Assembly (NCBI GenBank): GCA_964360785.1
Contig: CAYHXX010000002.1
Span: 92,107 to 156,106, forward strand
DNA: 64,000 nucleotides
DNA from: an uncultured Gammaproteobacteria bacterium
GTDB lineage: Bacteria > Patescibacteriota > Microgenomatia > Woykebacterales > RBG-16-39-9b
Direction of reading: 5' to 3'
Position 1 is the first letter of the stretch, and each line of letters opens with the position of its first letter. The position numbers and the translations under genes were made by a program. The notes under the pieces were generated by a model. It saw nothing but the letters and a program-made list of their open reading frames with translations, ran no database searches and was not told the origin of the DNA. This document shows positions 1-7,868 of this stretch, one piece after another.

Positions 1-249
1 GTAGCCTTCGCCCACGATATTCATCGCGAACAACGACACCCGCCGTGTTGATCGCCGGGAGCGCTCCTGTTCACCGACGCTGATCCGGTCGTAGTTGTCC
101 GCGAGCCAACCGTCGAGATGGTTGCGGATCGGCTTGCCGTCCGGGAACGGGCGACACTCCAGGCCGAACATCATCATGGTCGGGCTGAACAGTCCAAACG
201 GCTGGTGCAGCAACACGAGATCGCCGCTGCTTCCCTCGTCGTATTCCAT
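1..249 (-). CDS. hypothetical protein, runs off the window start (MEYDEGSSGDLVLLHQPFGLF...)
   Basis: Not in the ORF track. ATG at 249 preceded by GGAGGAG; frame open to position 1. Confidence 0.7.
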   Translation of the reverse strand, partial: MEYDEGSSGDLVLLHQPFGLFSPTMMMFGLECRPFPDGKPIRNHLDGWLADNYDRISVGEQERSRRSTRRVSLFAMNIVGEGY

Positions 250-302
250 TTTTGTCTCCTCCAGTGTGCTTTAGGTTCTTCGACTCCATAGCCAAAGTAC
301 CT

Positions 303-390
303 CTTAAGAAAACGAACCTCTCAGCTCATTTGCTTAAGGAGAGACCTCGGGCGACGCTGATGCTTGCGCATTGCGTGCCTCCGGTCTAGT
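303..390 (-). repeat. structured RNA module M1, copy 1 (CUAGAC...GNRA hairpin...GUCUC plus CUUAAG hairpin)
   Basis: Aligns with 1305-1390; AUGC-GCAA-GCAU versus AUGC-GAAA-GCAU tetraloop hairpins on the minus strand. Confidence 0.7.
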
Positions 391-420
391 TCCAAAATTA
401 TTCAGGTGTTGTGTACGGGT

Positions 421-1101
421 CTACTCGAAGATCAACCAGCTGCCAGGGTGGCCGCCAACATTCACTTCTGTAGGTTCGTACTCGTCGTTCTCATCCTCCC
501 GATCGTCGTCCCTGGCCTGGCGCTCGAGCTCGTAGTGCTGCTCGAGAGCGGCGTCCATCTCGGCGTCCTGCTGATCCTGGATCGCCTTGAAGCCGAGTTC
601 CATTTCCGCTGCGATCTCCTCCGGTGTCTGGATCGGGAATGCGACCTCCCAAGCCACGTCCTCCGGAATGCTCGAACCCTTGGCCGGTTTGTACACCGTC
701 ACCTTGAGCTCGATAGTGTTGTTGTCCCAATCGTAGACCTCGTCGGTTAGAACAAGGTGTTGGATTCGGTTGAAGTCCACTAGCCTGGAACCTACGGTTT
801 CCCCCAACTCTCGGACAAACCTCCCCGGCGACGATTCGACTACAGCCTTCTTGATATCAACGAGGACTGCGTCCCCGTCAATCAGGACCCAAATCTCCTG
901 TTCGCGAACGCTATGACGCTTGTACTCGTCGTACCGCTCCCTCACAAGAACTCTATTGAGCAGGTTTCCATCAACCCGCTTGACGATGATGGTTGTTACC
1001 TGCTTGATGATAGGAAAGGCCTTTTTGAGCGTAAGCTCGAGGCACTCCCCCAGGCCAGGGAACTCAACCACCAACTGCTCGATCTTCCGAATGATATCCA
1101 C
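421..1101 (-). CDS. hypothetical protein, acidic C-terminus
   Basis: 226-aa ORF, GTG start with GGAGGA Shine-Dalgarno (SD). Confidence 0.8.
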   Translation of the reverse strand: MDIIRKIEQLVVEFPGLGECLELTLKKAFPIIKQVTTIIVKRVDGNLLNRVLVRERYDEYKRHSVREQEIWVLIDGDAVLVDIKKAVVESSPGRFVRELGETVGSRLVDFNRIQHLVLTDEVYDWDNNTIELKVTVYKPAKGSSIPEDVAWEVAFPIQTPEEIAAEMELGFKAIQDQQDAEMDAALEQHYELERQARDDDREDENDEYEPTEVNVGGHPGSWLIFE

Positions 1102-1218
1102 TGTTTCCTCCTGCTCCTTCCCGGAGCTACAAAGTACTTGTTCCTGAATTTAACTTGCTTCCCGCAAGAGGTGCCGGAACACGCACCCTACTTATTCTGA
1201 CTACTTTGCCAGAACGAT

Positions 1219-1274
1219 CCTCAGATGAGGCTACTTAGGCACAAGTTCCTTGTGACCAAGTTTCCCCACCCGAG
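1219..1274 (-). repeat. structured RNA module M3, copy 1 (CUCGGGUG...CUCAUCUGAG long hairpin)
   Basis: Aligns with 3211-3267 with compensatory pair changes. Confidence 0.7.
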
Positions 1275-1304
1275 ACCTAGAGCACGAATTGATTCCTGCT
1301 CTTT

Positions 1305-1390
1305 CTTAAGAAAACCAGCTTTCACTGATATCCTTAAGAGAGACTTCGGGTCGTGGCAAATGCTTTCGCATTCGCTCGCCAAAGTCTAGC
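1305..1390 (-). repeat. structured RNA module M1, copy 2
   Basis: Similar to 303-390. Confidence 0.7.
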
Positions 1391-1394
1391 TCTT

Positions 1395-1673
1395 CTAGTC
1401 GATCCCGGATCGGTGCCACCTTTGCAGACCAATCCTGAGCGACAACTCCAGGGCGCCGATCAGATCCTCAATCTGCCGCGGCTCCATCCAGCACGCTCGG
1501 TCGGCGAACTGAACCCTGACAATTGCACCCTCGAAGAACTCATGCTGGATGTCCTCGAGCGTCGCGGGTTCAACGGTGATAGCGTTGAGCTGGCCGTTGA
1601 CTGCACACATCGACAGCTCCGTGAACTTCTTACCAACTTCGCCTTCTTCGGCTATCTGAGTGTGGATCCCCAT
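1395..1673 (-). CDS. hypothetical protein
   Basis: 92-aa ORF with AAGGAGG SD. Confidence 0.75.
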   Translation of the reverse strand: MGIHTQIAEEGEVGKKFTELSMCAVNGQLNAITVEPATLEDIQHEFFEGAIVRVQFADRACWMEPRQIEDLIGALELSLRIGLQRWHRSGID

Positions 1674-1699
1674 GTTGTCCTCCTTGGACTACTGAATTG

Positions 1700-2190
1700 A
1701 TTTAAAAGAGCTGAAAGGTGCGAAGGTTCGTACCTCTCCTTAAATTAGCCTCTTTCTGAGACTAGCTTAAGAGCTGGCCGGGAGACTATTTTCTGTTTCG
1801 TCTCTCGGCCAAGTGTCGCAGGAGGTTGCCCCTTATTCGATACATCCCCGGCAGGGTTTTTCTATGTATCGTTCAGAGTTTCACGAAGGTCTTTTGCTGC
1901 CGCTCACCTCCGGGCCTACTGCGACTACAAGTTCGTTAGGACATTCGCCGGGACGGTTGGAGTGCCTAGTTTCTGTTTCTCCTTAGCCGTACTGCAATCC
2001 CGGTTACCCAAAGCTACTTCACGCTCACACCTTTCTTTAAGATCACAAACTCACCTGGTTTATGGTCTTCCTTAAATTAGCCTCAGTCCGCCAACCGGCG
2101 GAGAGACTAGCTTAAGGAACTAAGTTACTTTGCAAGCAAAGAACTCAGCATATGGTTTCCAGCCACAGCTTGAAGAAATACAAGAGTTGC
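1700..2190 (-). ncRNA. candidate ~490-nt structured noncoding RNA containing two copies of hairpin module M2 (1739-1771, 2071-2116)
   Basis: No credible ORF. Nested helices (GUCGCAG/CUGCGAC, GGAGGU/ACCUCC, CGAUACAU/AUGUAUCG, UGGCCG.GAGAC/GUCUC.CGGCCA); M2 pairs with G-U wobbles only on the minus strand. Confidence 0.55.
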
Positions 2191-2193
2191 ATC

Positions 2194-2367
2194 CTAGGCG
2201 CGGCCGCAGAACCCACACGGAATCTTCGATCCCGGTGTGATCTCGACCCACCCGTCAATGCACTGGGTGCAACCACCTGTCTTGTTGGCGTGAGCACGAA
2301 CACGCTCTTCGTAGTGCTCCTGCCAGCTCTTCTGCTGAACCGGCTTCTTCTCTGTCTCCCCGCACAT
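2194..2367 (-). CDS. 57-aa putative zinc-finger protein (CTQC...CGFC)
   Basis: Below the ORF-track cutoff. MCGETEKKPVQQKSWQEHYEERVRAHANKTGGCTQCIDGWVEITPGSKIPCGFCGRA; AAGGAG SD. Confidence 0.75.
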   Translation of the reverse strand: MCGETEKKPVQQKSWQEHYEERVRAHANKTGGCTQCIDGWVEITPGSKIPCGFCGRA

Positions 2368-2417
2368 TTGTGCTTCTCCTTCTCTGATAGCCCGGACTCA
2401 CATTGTCCAAGCTCATT

Positions 2418-2487
2418 TTGACTCTTTAGTTTCCGCCGGCTGGCGGATTTCTAGTTGCACCGCGAAGAGGCGAGTCAATTTGCAACC
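2418..2487 (-). ncRNA. HDV-like self-cleaving ribozyme (copy A)
   Basis: P1 GGUUGC/GCAACU (G1-U wobble), P2 UUGACUC/GAGUCAA, P3 GCC/GGU, L3 UCUUCGC, P1.1 CU/AG, P4 UCCGCC/GGCGGA, J4/2 CUAAA. Confidence 0.8.
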
Positions 2488-2551
2488 GTGTCAGATCCGG
2501 GAGCGAGTTGGTTCTTGCGAACTTTCTCTACTCCCGAACCTGTTTACATGC

Positions 2552-2626
2552 CTAGACATTCAAAACTCGGGTCTAGCGTCCGAGATTGTAGCTGAGTTTT
2601 GTTTTACTTCGATCTCAGTTCGAAGT
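2552..2626 (-). ncRNA. two tandem H-type pseudoknots
   Basis: PK1 (2592-2626): ACUUCGA/UCGAAGU plus CUGAG/CUCAG with AAAACAAAA loop. PK2 (2552-2584): CUCGG/CCGAG plus CUAGAC/GUCUAG. Confidence 0.65.
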
Positions 2627-2639
2627 TGGGGTTTAGTCC

Positions 2640-3146
2640 TCAGGGGGTAGCGGAAAAGCTACCGGCTCCGAGAGCGACCATGTCTAGCCCTTCTGTGTCA
2701 TCTGCCCCATCGCCCTGAATCCGAGCCTGCGCTTGCAATTGCTCGCGCCGCTCCTTTCGGTCCAGAGGGCCATCCTGTCTGAAGTACCGCAACGTCTGGA
2801 AAATCGCTCGTGCGACTTCCTCCCTCTTTGTGTACCAAAGCGCCAGCTCCAGTACCTTCGAGAAATCGACTTCCTCGATGCTGCAGCTGTGGCTGTGCTC
2901 GCCGGAATAACCGCAGCATTCCCCATCGAGCTCACAGCGCCAGCCGTCGACCGGCGCGTTGTAGAGCGCGACCCGCTGGTGTACTTTCTCTACCGACTCC
3001 CCTTTCCTAAAGGGGTGCGAGAGTGCACCGACGAAGTTTCCGTTGTCCACCCCTAAGGTGAACACACGGACCACCTTGTCGTTCACCATGAACGCAAGAT
3101 CCTTTCTCTCGCTATCCCGGTGGAAAAGAACTACCACGTCTGCCAT
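2640..3146 (-). CDS. hypothetical protein with Cys/His cluster (CELDGECCGYSGEHSHSC)
   Basis: 168-aa ORF, GGAGGT SD. Confidence 0.8.
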   Translation of the reverse strand: MADVVVLFHRDSERKDLAFMVNDKVVRVFTLGVDNGNFVGALSHPFRKGESVEKVHQRVALYNAPVDGWRCELDGECCGYSGEHSHSCSIEEVDFSKVLELALWYTKREEVARAIFQTLRYFRQDGPLDRKERREQLQAQARIQGDGADDTEGLDMVALGAGSFSATP

Positions 3147-3210
3147 CTTACACCTCCATAAACTATTTCCTTTTGACCCGTTCGATGGCTTTGAACGGAA
3201 GGAAAGCCTG

Positions 3211-3267
3211 CCTCAGATGAGACTGCCCAGCCACAAAAAGTTTATGACAAGGTTTTCTCACCCGAAG
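3211..3267 (-). repeat. structured RNA module M3, copy 2
   Basis: Shares CCTCAGATGAG and CACCCGA with 1219-1274. Confidence 0.7.
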
Positions 3268-3327
3268 CTAACTTCATTTACTTTGCAAAGTACTTCAGCC
3301 TTCCCCTCAAGGGAACTGGCTTCAGGT

Positions 3328-3382
3328 TTGATCTTTGGTTGGTTATCTAGCTGCACCACGTAGAGGTAGATCAATTGCAGCC
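3328..3382 (-). ncRNA. minimal HDV-like (theta-like) self-cleaving ribozyme (copy B)
   Basis: P1 GGCUGC/GCAGCU, P2 UUGAUCU/AGAUCAA, P3 ACC/GGU, L3 UCUACGU, P1.1 CU/AG, no P4, J4/2 CCAA; 55 nt. Confidence 0.8.
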
Positions 3383-3455
3383 TCCGAGTGCAGGGGTGTG
3401 TTTCGCTTTCAGGTTGAAAGGTACTCCACACTCCCTGCCTTCGGTCTAGCTCGTG

Positions 3456-3860
3456 CTATCGCTGGAGCCCCTTTGGCTTCAACCACTGGTGCGTGCCGAG
3501 CAAATTTCGCGCCCTCAAGAAGCCTTCGCGCCGTTCGACGATCAGACATGCGTATCTCACCGCGAACTTCGCATCCCTAACCCTTCGAACCGTTTGATCC
3601 AGCTTCTTCATGAGCTCGACCCGATCCTCGTCATGGTCGGCGCTCTTGCACGCTTGTTCGAGTTCCTTTTGTGCCCGCATCTGGCGATCGACTTCCTCGA
3701 CCATGAGCTCAAGCTCTTGGTTGATGAAGGGGTAGCGCGCCTTCCAGGTGCCGGAACCAGGCTTCACCCCGAACATGTCTGTGTACTGGAAGTTCGTCCA
3801 CCACCTGCGAACGACTGCAACCAGCACACCCAACCCCACTAGACCGATAAAGAGTTCCAT
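3456..3860 (-). CDS. hypothetical protein with N-terminal membrane anchor
   Basis: 134-aa ORF, AAGGAGGT SD. Confidence 0.8.
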   Translation of the reverse strand: MELFIGLVGLGVLVAVVRRWWTNFQYTDMFGVKPGSGTWKARYPFINQELELMVEEVDRQMRAQKELEQACKSADHDEDRVELMKKLDQTVRRVRDAKFAVRYACLIVERREGFLRARNLLGTHQWLKPKGLQR

Positions 3861-4148
3861 CTGACCTCCTTTGAAGCTTCACTGGTATACCTGGCACTTT
3901 TGTCAGGACTTCTACCTACCAGCTTGGATGGACTCCAAATGAACTTCTTCTTGAAAAGTCCAATTGGAAACCACTAACTTTTTGAGTACCACACCACTAC
4001 GCACAAGGCTTCGTGGCATTTGTAGCTAATTTTGGCTACAAAAATAGGCGGCTCGTACCAATCGACAAGTTTTAATTCTGCTTTGGGGCGGGTTAAACTT
4101 GTAAACCTGTACTAGCTGCCTAGTGCTTTCTTAACTTTCGATAACTCT

Positions 4149-4177
4149 ATTATACCACCTTTTCCTCTATTTGTCAA
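4149..4177 (-). promoter_or_regulatory. consensus sigma70 promoter driving the 1-4140 unit
   Basis: TTGACA-17 bp-TATAAT with extended TG. Confidence 0.85.
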
Positions 4178-4375
4178 GTACTATAAGTCTCTATTTGTGC
4201 CTATTTCAGAGTATGAATCTCTTCTTACTCTTTTCTAAACTACTCAGCCGAGGCTGGTTAGCTTGGAAATAGCCTGCGAGAGTGGTTTTCTAAGTTAGAA
4301 AACTCTCCGCTTTGGGTGGCTAGTATAATCCCGCTCTTTTTTGTGACTTGAGCTTGTCGGTAGAGGTTGCGGTTG

Positions 4376-4552
4376 CTAGATCACGATACCCAGGAGATGA
4401 CTTCGGAACACGATTGTTCCGGTAAGCCAGACCAACGCAATCGGAGCCACGATCAGCGCGAAGCCGACGTAACCCTGAGAAGCGGAGAGGCCTGCGGCAG
4501 AGAGCATAATGAAGCCCACCGCCAGGTACGTGAAAAGAAACAACTGGCCCAT
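4376..4552 (-). CDS. small two-TM membrane protein (58 aa)
   Basis: ATG at 4552 with AGGAGG SD; hydrophobic. Confidence 0.7.
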   Translation of the reverse strand: MGQLFLFTYLAVGFIMLSAAGLSASQGYVGFALIVAPIALVWLTGTIVFRSHLLGIVI

Positions 4553-4780
4553 GACATTCCCTCCTGATTTAAGAGTAAGGACTCTTTTGGTCCGCACCCT
4601 CCTAAGTACTAAAAAAGCACCTGGTAACTGGCTTCAAATGTATATTCTTCAGGGCGGTTCTCGCAATGACAGTTTTATATATACTTCAAATCCAGTTACA
4701 AGATGCCTTGATCATGTAACTTGGGTCGCTGGGACAGTACTTGCTCGCTACTGACGACCTTTTTAATTGTTAAGGATTAC

Positions 4781-4809
4781 ATTGTAGCACACTATGGGAC
4801 ATTTGTCAA
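4781..4809 (-). promoter_or_regulatory. sigma70 promoter with ~220-nt structured leader
   Basis: TTGACA-17 bp-TACAAT with extended TG. Confidence 0.75.
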
Positions 4810-4936
4810 GAGCAGAGCCTCTTGGCAGTATTACGCAACTATAGAGCGTCACTTGTAACTCTCGCCTATAGTTGCTCCATACAGTCAAGTTCTGGTTGGC
4901 AAAACTAGGTTTGGATATGCTATCTCGTTATGGGAA

Positions 4937-5638
4937 TTAGCCTTCTGAGGATTTATCTTCTTTTCCACCAGCAGTTGGTTTAGCCTCTCCAACTTCGGTG
5001 GAACCTTCTTCAGCCTCACCTTTTTCGGAGGTGGCTTCAACTTCTTCAGGGGAAACTACCGGTTCTGGTTCTTCTTCTTTCATTTCAGCTGTTTGTACTG
5101 TCACAACCACTTCTTCAGGATCATTGTTGATAGTCACCTTGTCCTTGTCGATTTTGAGGTCCTTAACGTGTACCGACTGCCCAACTTCAGTGAGCTTCTC
5201 AGCATTGATACTGATATTGGCTGGAATATCGGTCGGCAGACACTCAATCTCAACTTCGTTGAGGGTTTGTAAAATCAACCCTTCGCCACTCTTGGCTGCT
5301 GGTGATTCGCCTTCAAGAATAACTGATACGCTAGTGGTGATTTTTTCTTTCAAGTTTACTTTGTGAAAATCAACGTGAAGTACGGTGTCGTGTTTTGGAT
5401 CCTTCTGCATGTTAGAAATCAAAGCTGGGTGAGTTTCTGCTCCCACTTTGACGTCAATCAAAGCCGCAGCACCAGCGTCTTTGAGAGTCTTTTGCAAGTC
5501 CTTGGCCCCAACTTGGATAGAAGTTGATTTGAAATCCTTACCAAAAATATTCGCCGGGACTAACCCCCTCTTGCGAAGTCTATTTACTTTTTTTCCCGTA
5601 ACAGTCCGGGTTTCCACGTCTAGTGTTGGTCGGCTCAT
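4937..5638 (-). CDS. rplY: 50S ribosomal protein L25/Ctc
   Basis: LRKRGLVPANIFG, HVDF, EVEIECLP motifs; acidic tail. Confidence 0.97.
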   Translation of the reverse strand: MSRPTLDVETRTVTGKKVNRLRKRGLVPANIFGKDFKSTSIQVGAKDLQKTLKDAGAAALIDVKVGAETHPALISNMQKDPKHDTVLHVDFHKVNLKEKITTSVSVILEGESPAAKSGEGLILQTLNEVEIECLPTDIPANISINAEKLTEVGQSVHVKDLKIDKDKVTINNDPEEVVVTVQTAEMKEEEPEPVVSPEEVEATSEKGEAEEGSTEVGEAKPTAGGKEDKSSEG

Positions 5639-5675
5639 CAGAAGTATTATATTGGAGCTGTCAAGGGAAGCTTAG

Positions 5676-6044
5676 TTATTTCTGGCTCTCTTGTCTTGCA
5701 GTCTCTGGGATTTCTTTCTTTACTTTGGAACGATACAGGTTGCGAATGCTTTGTAACTTAACGTTTTTAAACTCTTCCCGAATATCCAGCACATCATCCG
5801 AAGTCAGGGCGTTTATAGTAAGGGTTTGAAGACTTTGTTCCAACATATCCTTTTCCTCACTGATACTTGCGGCTAGCATTTGCTCGACTGAACATTTTGG
5901 GCAAATATAGTGAGCGATCAATGAGTGGTCAGTTTCTGAGATTATCCCGAGATTCTCAATTTTAAAAGGTTCTTTGCAAGCGCATTCCCATTCCTTACCA
6001 AACTGTTCGACGAAATTACGCATCGATTTCTTGTTCATATTCAC
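5676..6044 (-). CDS. hypothetical zinc-ribbon-like protein
   Basis: CAC...CPKC, 122 aa. Confidence 0.7.
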   Translation of the reverse strand: MNMNKKSMRNFVEQFGKEWECACKEPFKIENLGIISETDHSLIAHYICPKCSVEQMLAASISEEKDMLEQSLQTLTINALTSDDVLDIREEFKNVKLQSIRNLYRSKVKKEIPETARQESQK

Positions 6045-6095
6045 TTCTTATGGTCTTAGTATACCAAACTCGTAAAATAGTAGCAAAAATACAAT

Positions 6096-7781
6096 CTACG
6101 GGTTCTGGGAACTTTTTGCAAGATTCTCTTCGATAGTTGCTATCAGCTGCTTGACCTGTTTGTCTAAGAAGGCTGTGGATTGGTTCAAGAATTGCTCTGT
6201 TGGCAGCAAATAGGTCGGAACTTTTTTCCAGGAAAGCTCTTCTAAACCTAGTTTACTTTCCTCCAACCGATCCTCTGCTGCATACAAATTGTCTAGTGAG
6301 TCGTTAAGTCGATCTTTAGCCCCTTGCGCGGTTAAATTTGGATTTTCAGAAGAGGTCAGTAAAATTTCATTGCCTCTACCGGAAAGTCTAATTGCCTCCG
6401 CAAGGCTAGCACTTGCTGCTAGAATCGCATCGGTGGCTGCACTGGGTTCGGAAAGACCAACGATTTTAACAAGCCAGTCTAGGTTGTTGAGTTCTGCTTC
6501 TGCCTTTTGGAAGTTCTTCTGGGCACTAAAAGCAGCCGCTATTGAGGCCTCGTTGTTTTCATTAAGTAGATTTTGGTAGGACCTCTCTATCCTGCCCTTT
6601 CCAAGATAGCTATTGATCCCAAAAGACGTCGCCGGGTAGAAGATAGTTATCACAAGTAACCCAGCAGCCAGGACAAAAACAACTGGTCTGATGAATCTGG
6701 TTACCCGGAAACCCTTTCTCTCTTTAGTTTCGGTTTTGGCAGAATGGGTCTGCTCCTCTTTTGGTTCTTCGACCTTAGTTGCTTCTTTTTTGCTCTTTTC
6801 GATTTGTACTTGGTGGACTACACTACTTATACCTTCCGCTAGCGAAACCTTTGGCCTCCAGGAAAGTTTTTCCCTGGTATTCTCGAGATCAAAATGTTGG
6901 TTACCAAAATCAAAGCTATCTGGATCCTTCTTGTGCTCTAATTCCAGCGGGCCGGCTACTAACTTGACTGTTTGGGCAAAACTCTCCAGCGTAACTTTGT
7001 CTGGGTTAACCAAAATAAAGATTTCTCCGCTGAACTCCCCAACTGCGGCTTTGATCAAACCAAAGATTATGTCAGTCACAAAAGTTGGGTTGACAACCCT
7101 CAAGCCGTCTCCTGGAATCTCTAGCGTCTCTTTGTTTAAAGCTGAGTACAGCAAATTTGATATCTCATCCCCCCGATTTAGATTCATCCTAGGACCATAG
7201 GCGTCCTTGAGCCTGATAATAGTCAGGGGTACTTTGTATTTTTTGTAGTACTCGAAAGCCAGAGCCTCTGAAAATCGTTTGGCCTCATGCGCTGAAAGTA
7301 TTGATTCTTGAGTTGGAGTTTTCCCAAAGTAGTAGCGCAAGGAACTACTGGAAATCGCCCCTCCATAAAGATCGGCTGCAGAAACTAAAATAAATTTAGC
7401 CTGATTTTCTCTTGCAATCTCAAGTAACTGCTTAGTTCCTAATGAGTTTACTAACAAAGTGTCCAGAGACAAACCTTTGTCCAAATAATCCTCTATGCTA
7501 GCCAGGTGAAAGCAGTAGTCTATTTTGATCCCTTCAGGCAAGACAAACTTTGGATCATTGATATCCTGTTCCAATAGAGTGAAGTTGGGCGAGGTTAGTA
7601 CTTCCTTAAGGTTTTCTTTCTTACCGGTTGAAAGATTATCTACACAGATAACTTTGAAATTTTGTGAGATTAGGGTTGAGACTAAGTGGGAACCAATAAA
7701 ACCTGCTCCTCCTGCTACTAAAGCAGTTGGGGTTGTATTCCTTGATTCCAGGTTTTTTCCTTCAAAGGCAGAGGTTGGCAT
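6096..7781 (-). CDS. NAD-dependent epimerase/UDP-glucuronate decarboxylase-like domain fused to a TM helix and helical domain
   Basis: GGAGFIGSHL, HLAS, YGPRM motifs; TM near residues 367-385. Confidence 0.85.
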   Translation of the reverse strand: MPTSAFEGKNLESRNTTPTALVAGGAGFIGSHLVSTLISQNFKVICVDNLSTGKKENLKEVLTSPNFTLLEQDINDPKFVLPEGIKIDYCFHLASIEDYLDKGLSLDTLLVNSLGTKQLLEIARENQAKFILVSAADLYGGAISSSSLRYYFGKTPTQESILSAHEAKRFSEALAFEYYKKYKVPLTIIRLKDAYGPRMNLNRGDEISNLLYSALNKETLEIPGDGLRVVNPTFVTDIIFGLIKAAVGEFSGEIFILVNPDKVTLESFAQTVKLVAGPLELEHKKDPDSFDFGNQHFDLENTREKLSWRPKVSLAEGISSVVHQVQIEKSKKEATKVEEPKEEQTHSAKTETKERKGFRVTRFIRPVVFVLAAGLLVITIFYPATSFGINSYLGKGRIERSYQNLLNENNEASIAAAFSAQKNFQKAEAELNNLDWLVKIVGLSEPSAATDAILAASASLAEAIRLSGRGNEILLTSSENPNLTAQGAKDRLNDSLDNLYAAEDRLEESKLGLEELSWKKVPTYLLPTEQFLNQSTAFLDKQVKQLIATIEENLAKSSQNP

Positions 7782-7868
7782 GTTTTAGTGCCTCGAATTT
7801 TACCCAAATAAACACTTCTGAGCAACTCAAGCAAACTTGTTCAAACACTATCATTGTGAGTGATTTAA

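Noticed and set aside
71-295. 74-aa ORF from the track
   Set aside because: The overlapping frame starting at 249 has a strong SD and is the better gene.
1700-2190. Group I/II intron or RNase P RNA
   Set aside because: No recognisable P7 core, domain V/GUGYG start or RNase P P4 consensus by eye.
2592-2626. preQ1-I riboswitch (hairpin plus A-rich tail)
   Set aside because: Lacks the conserved loop and ligand-binding nucleotides, and no queuosine gene follows.
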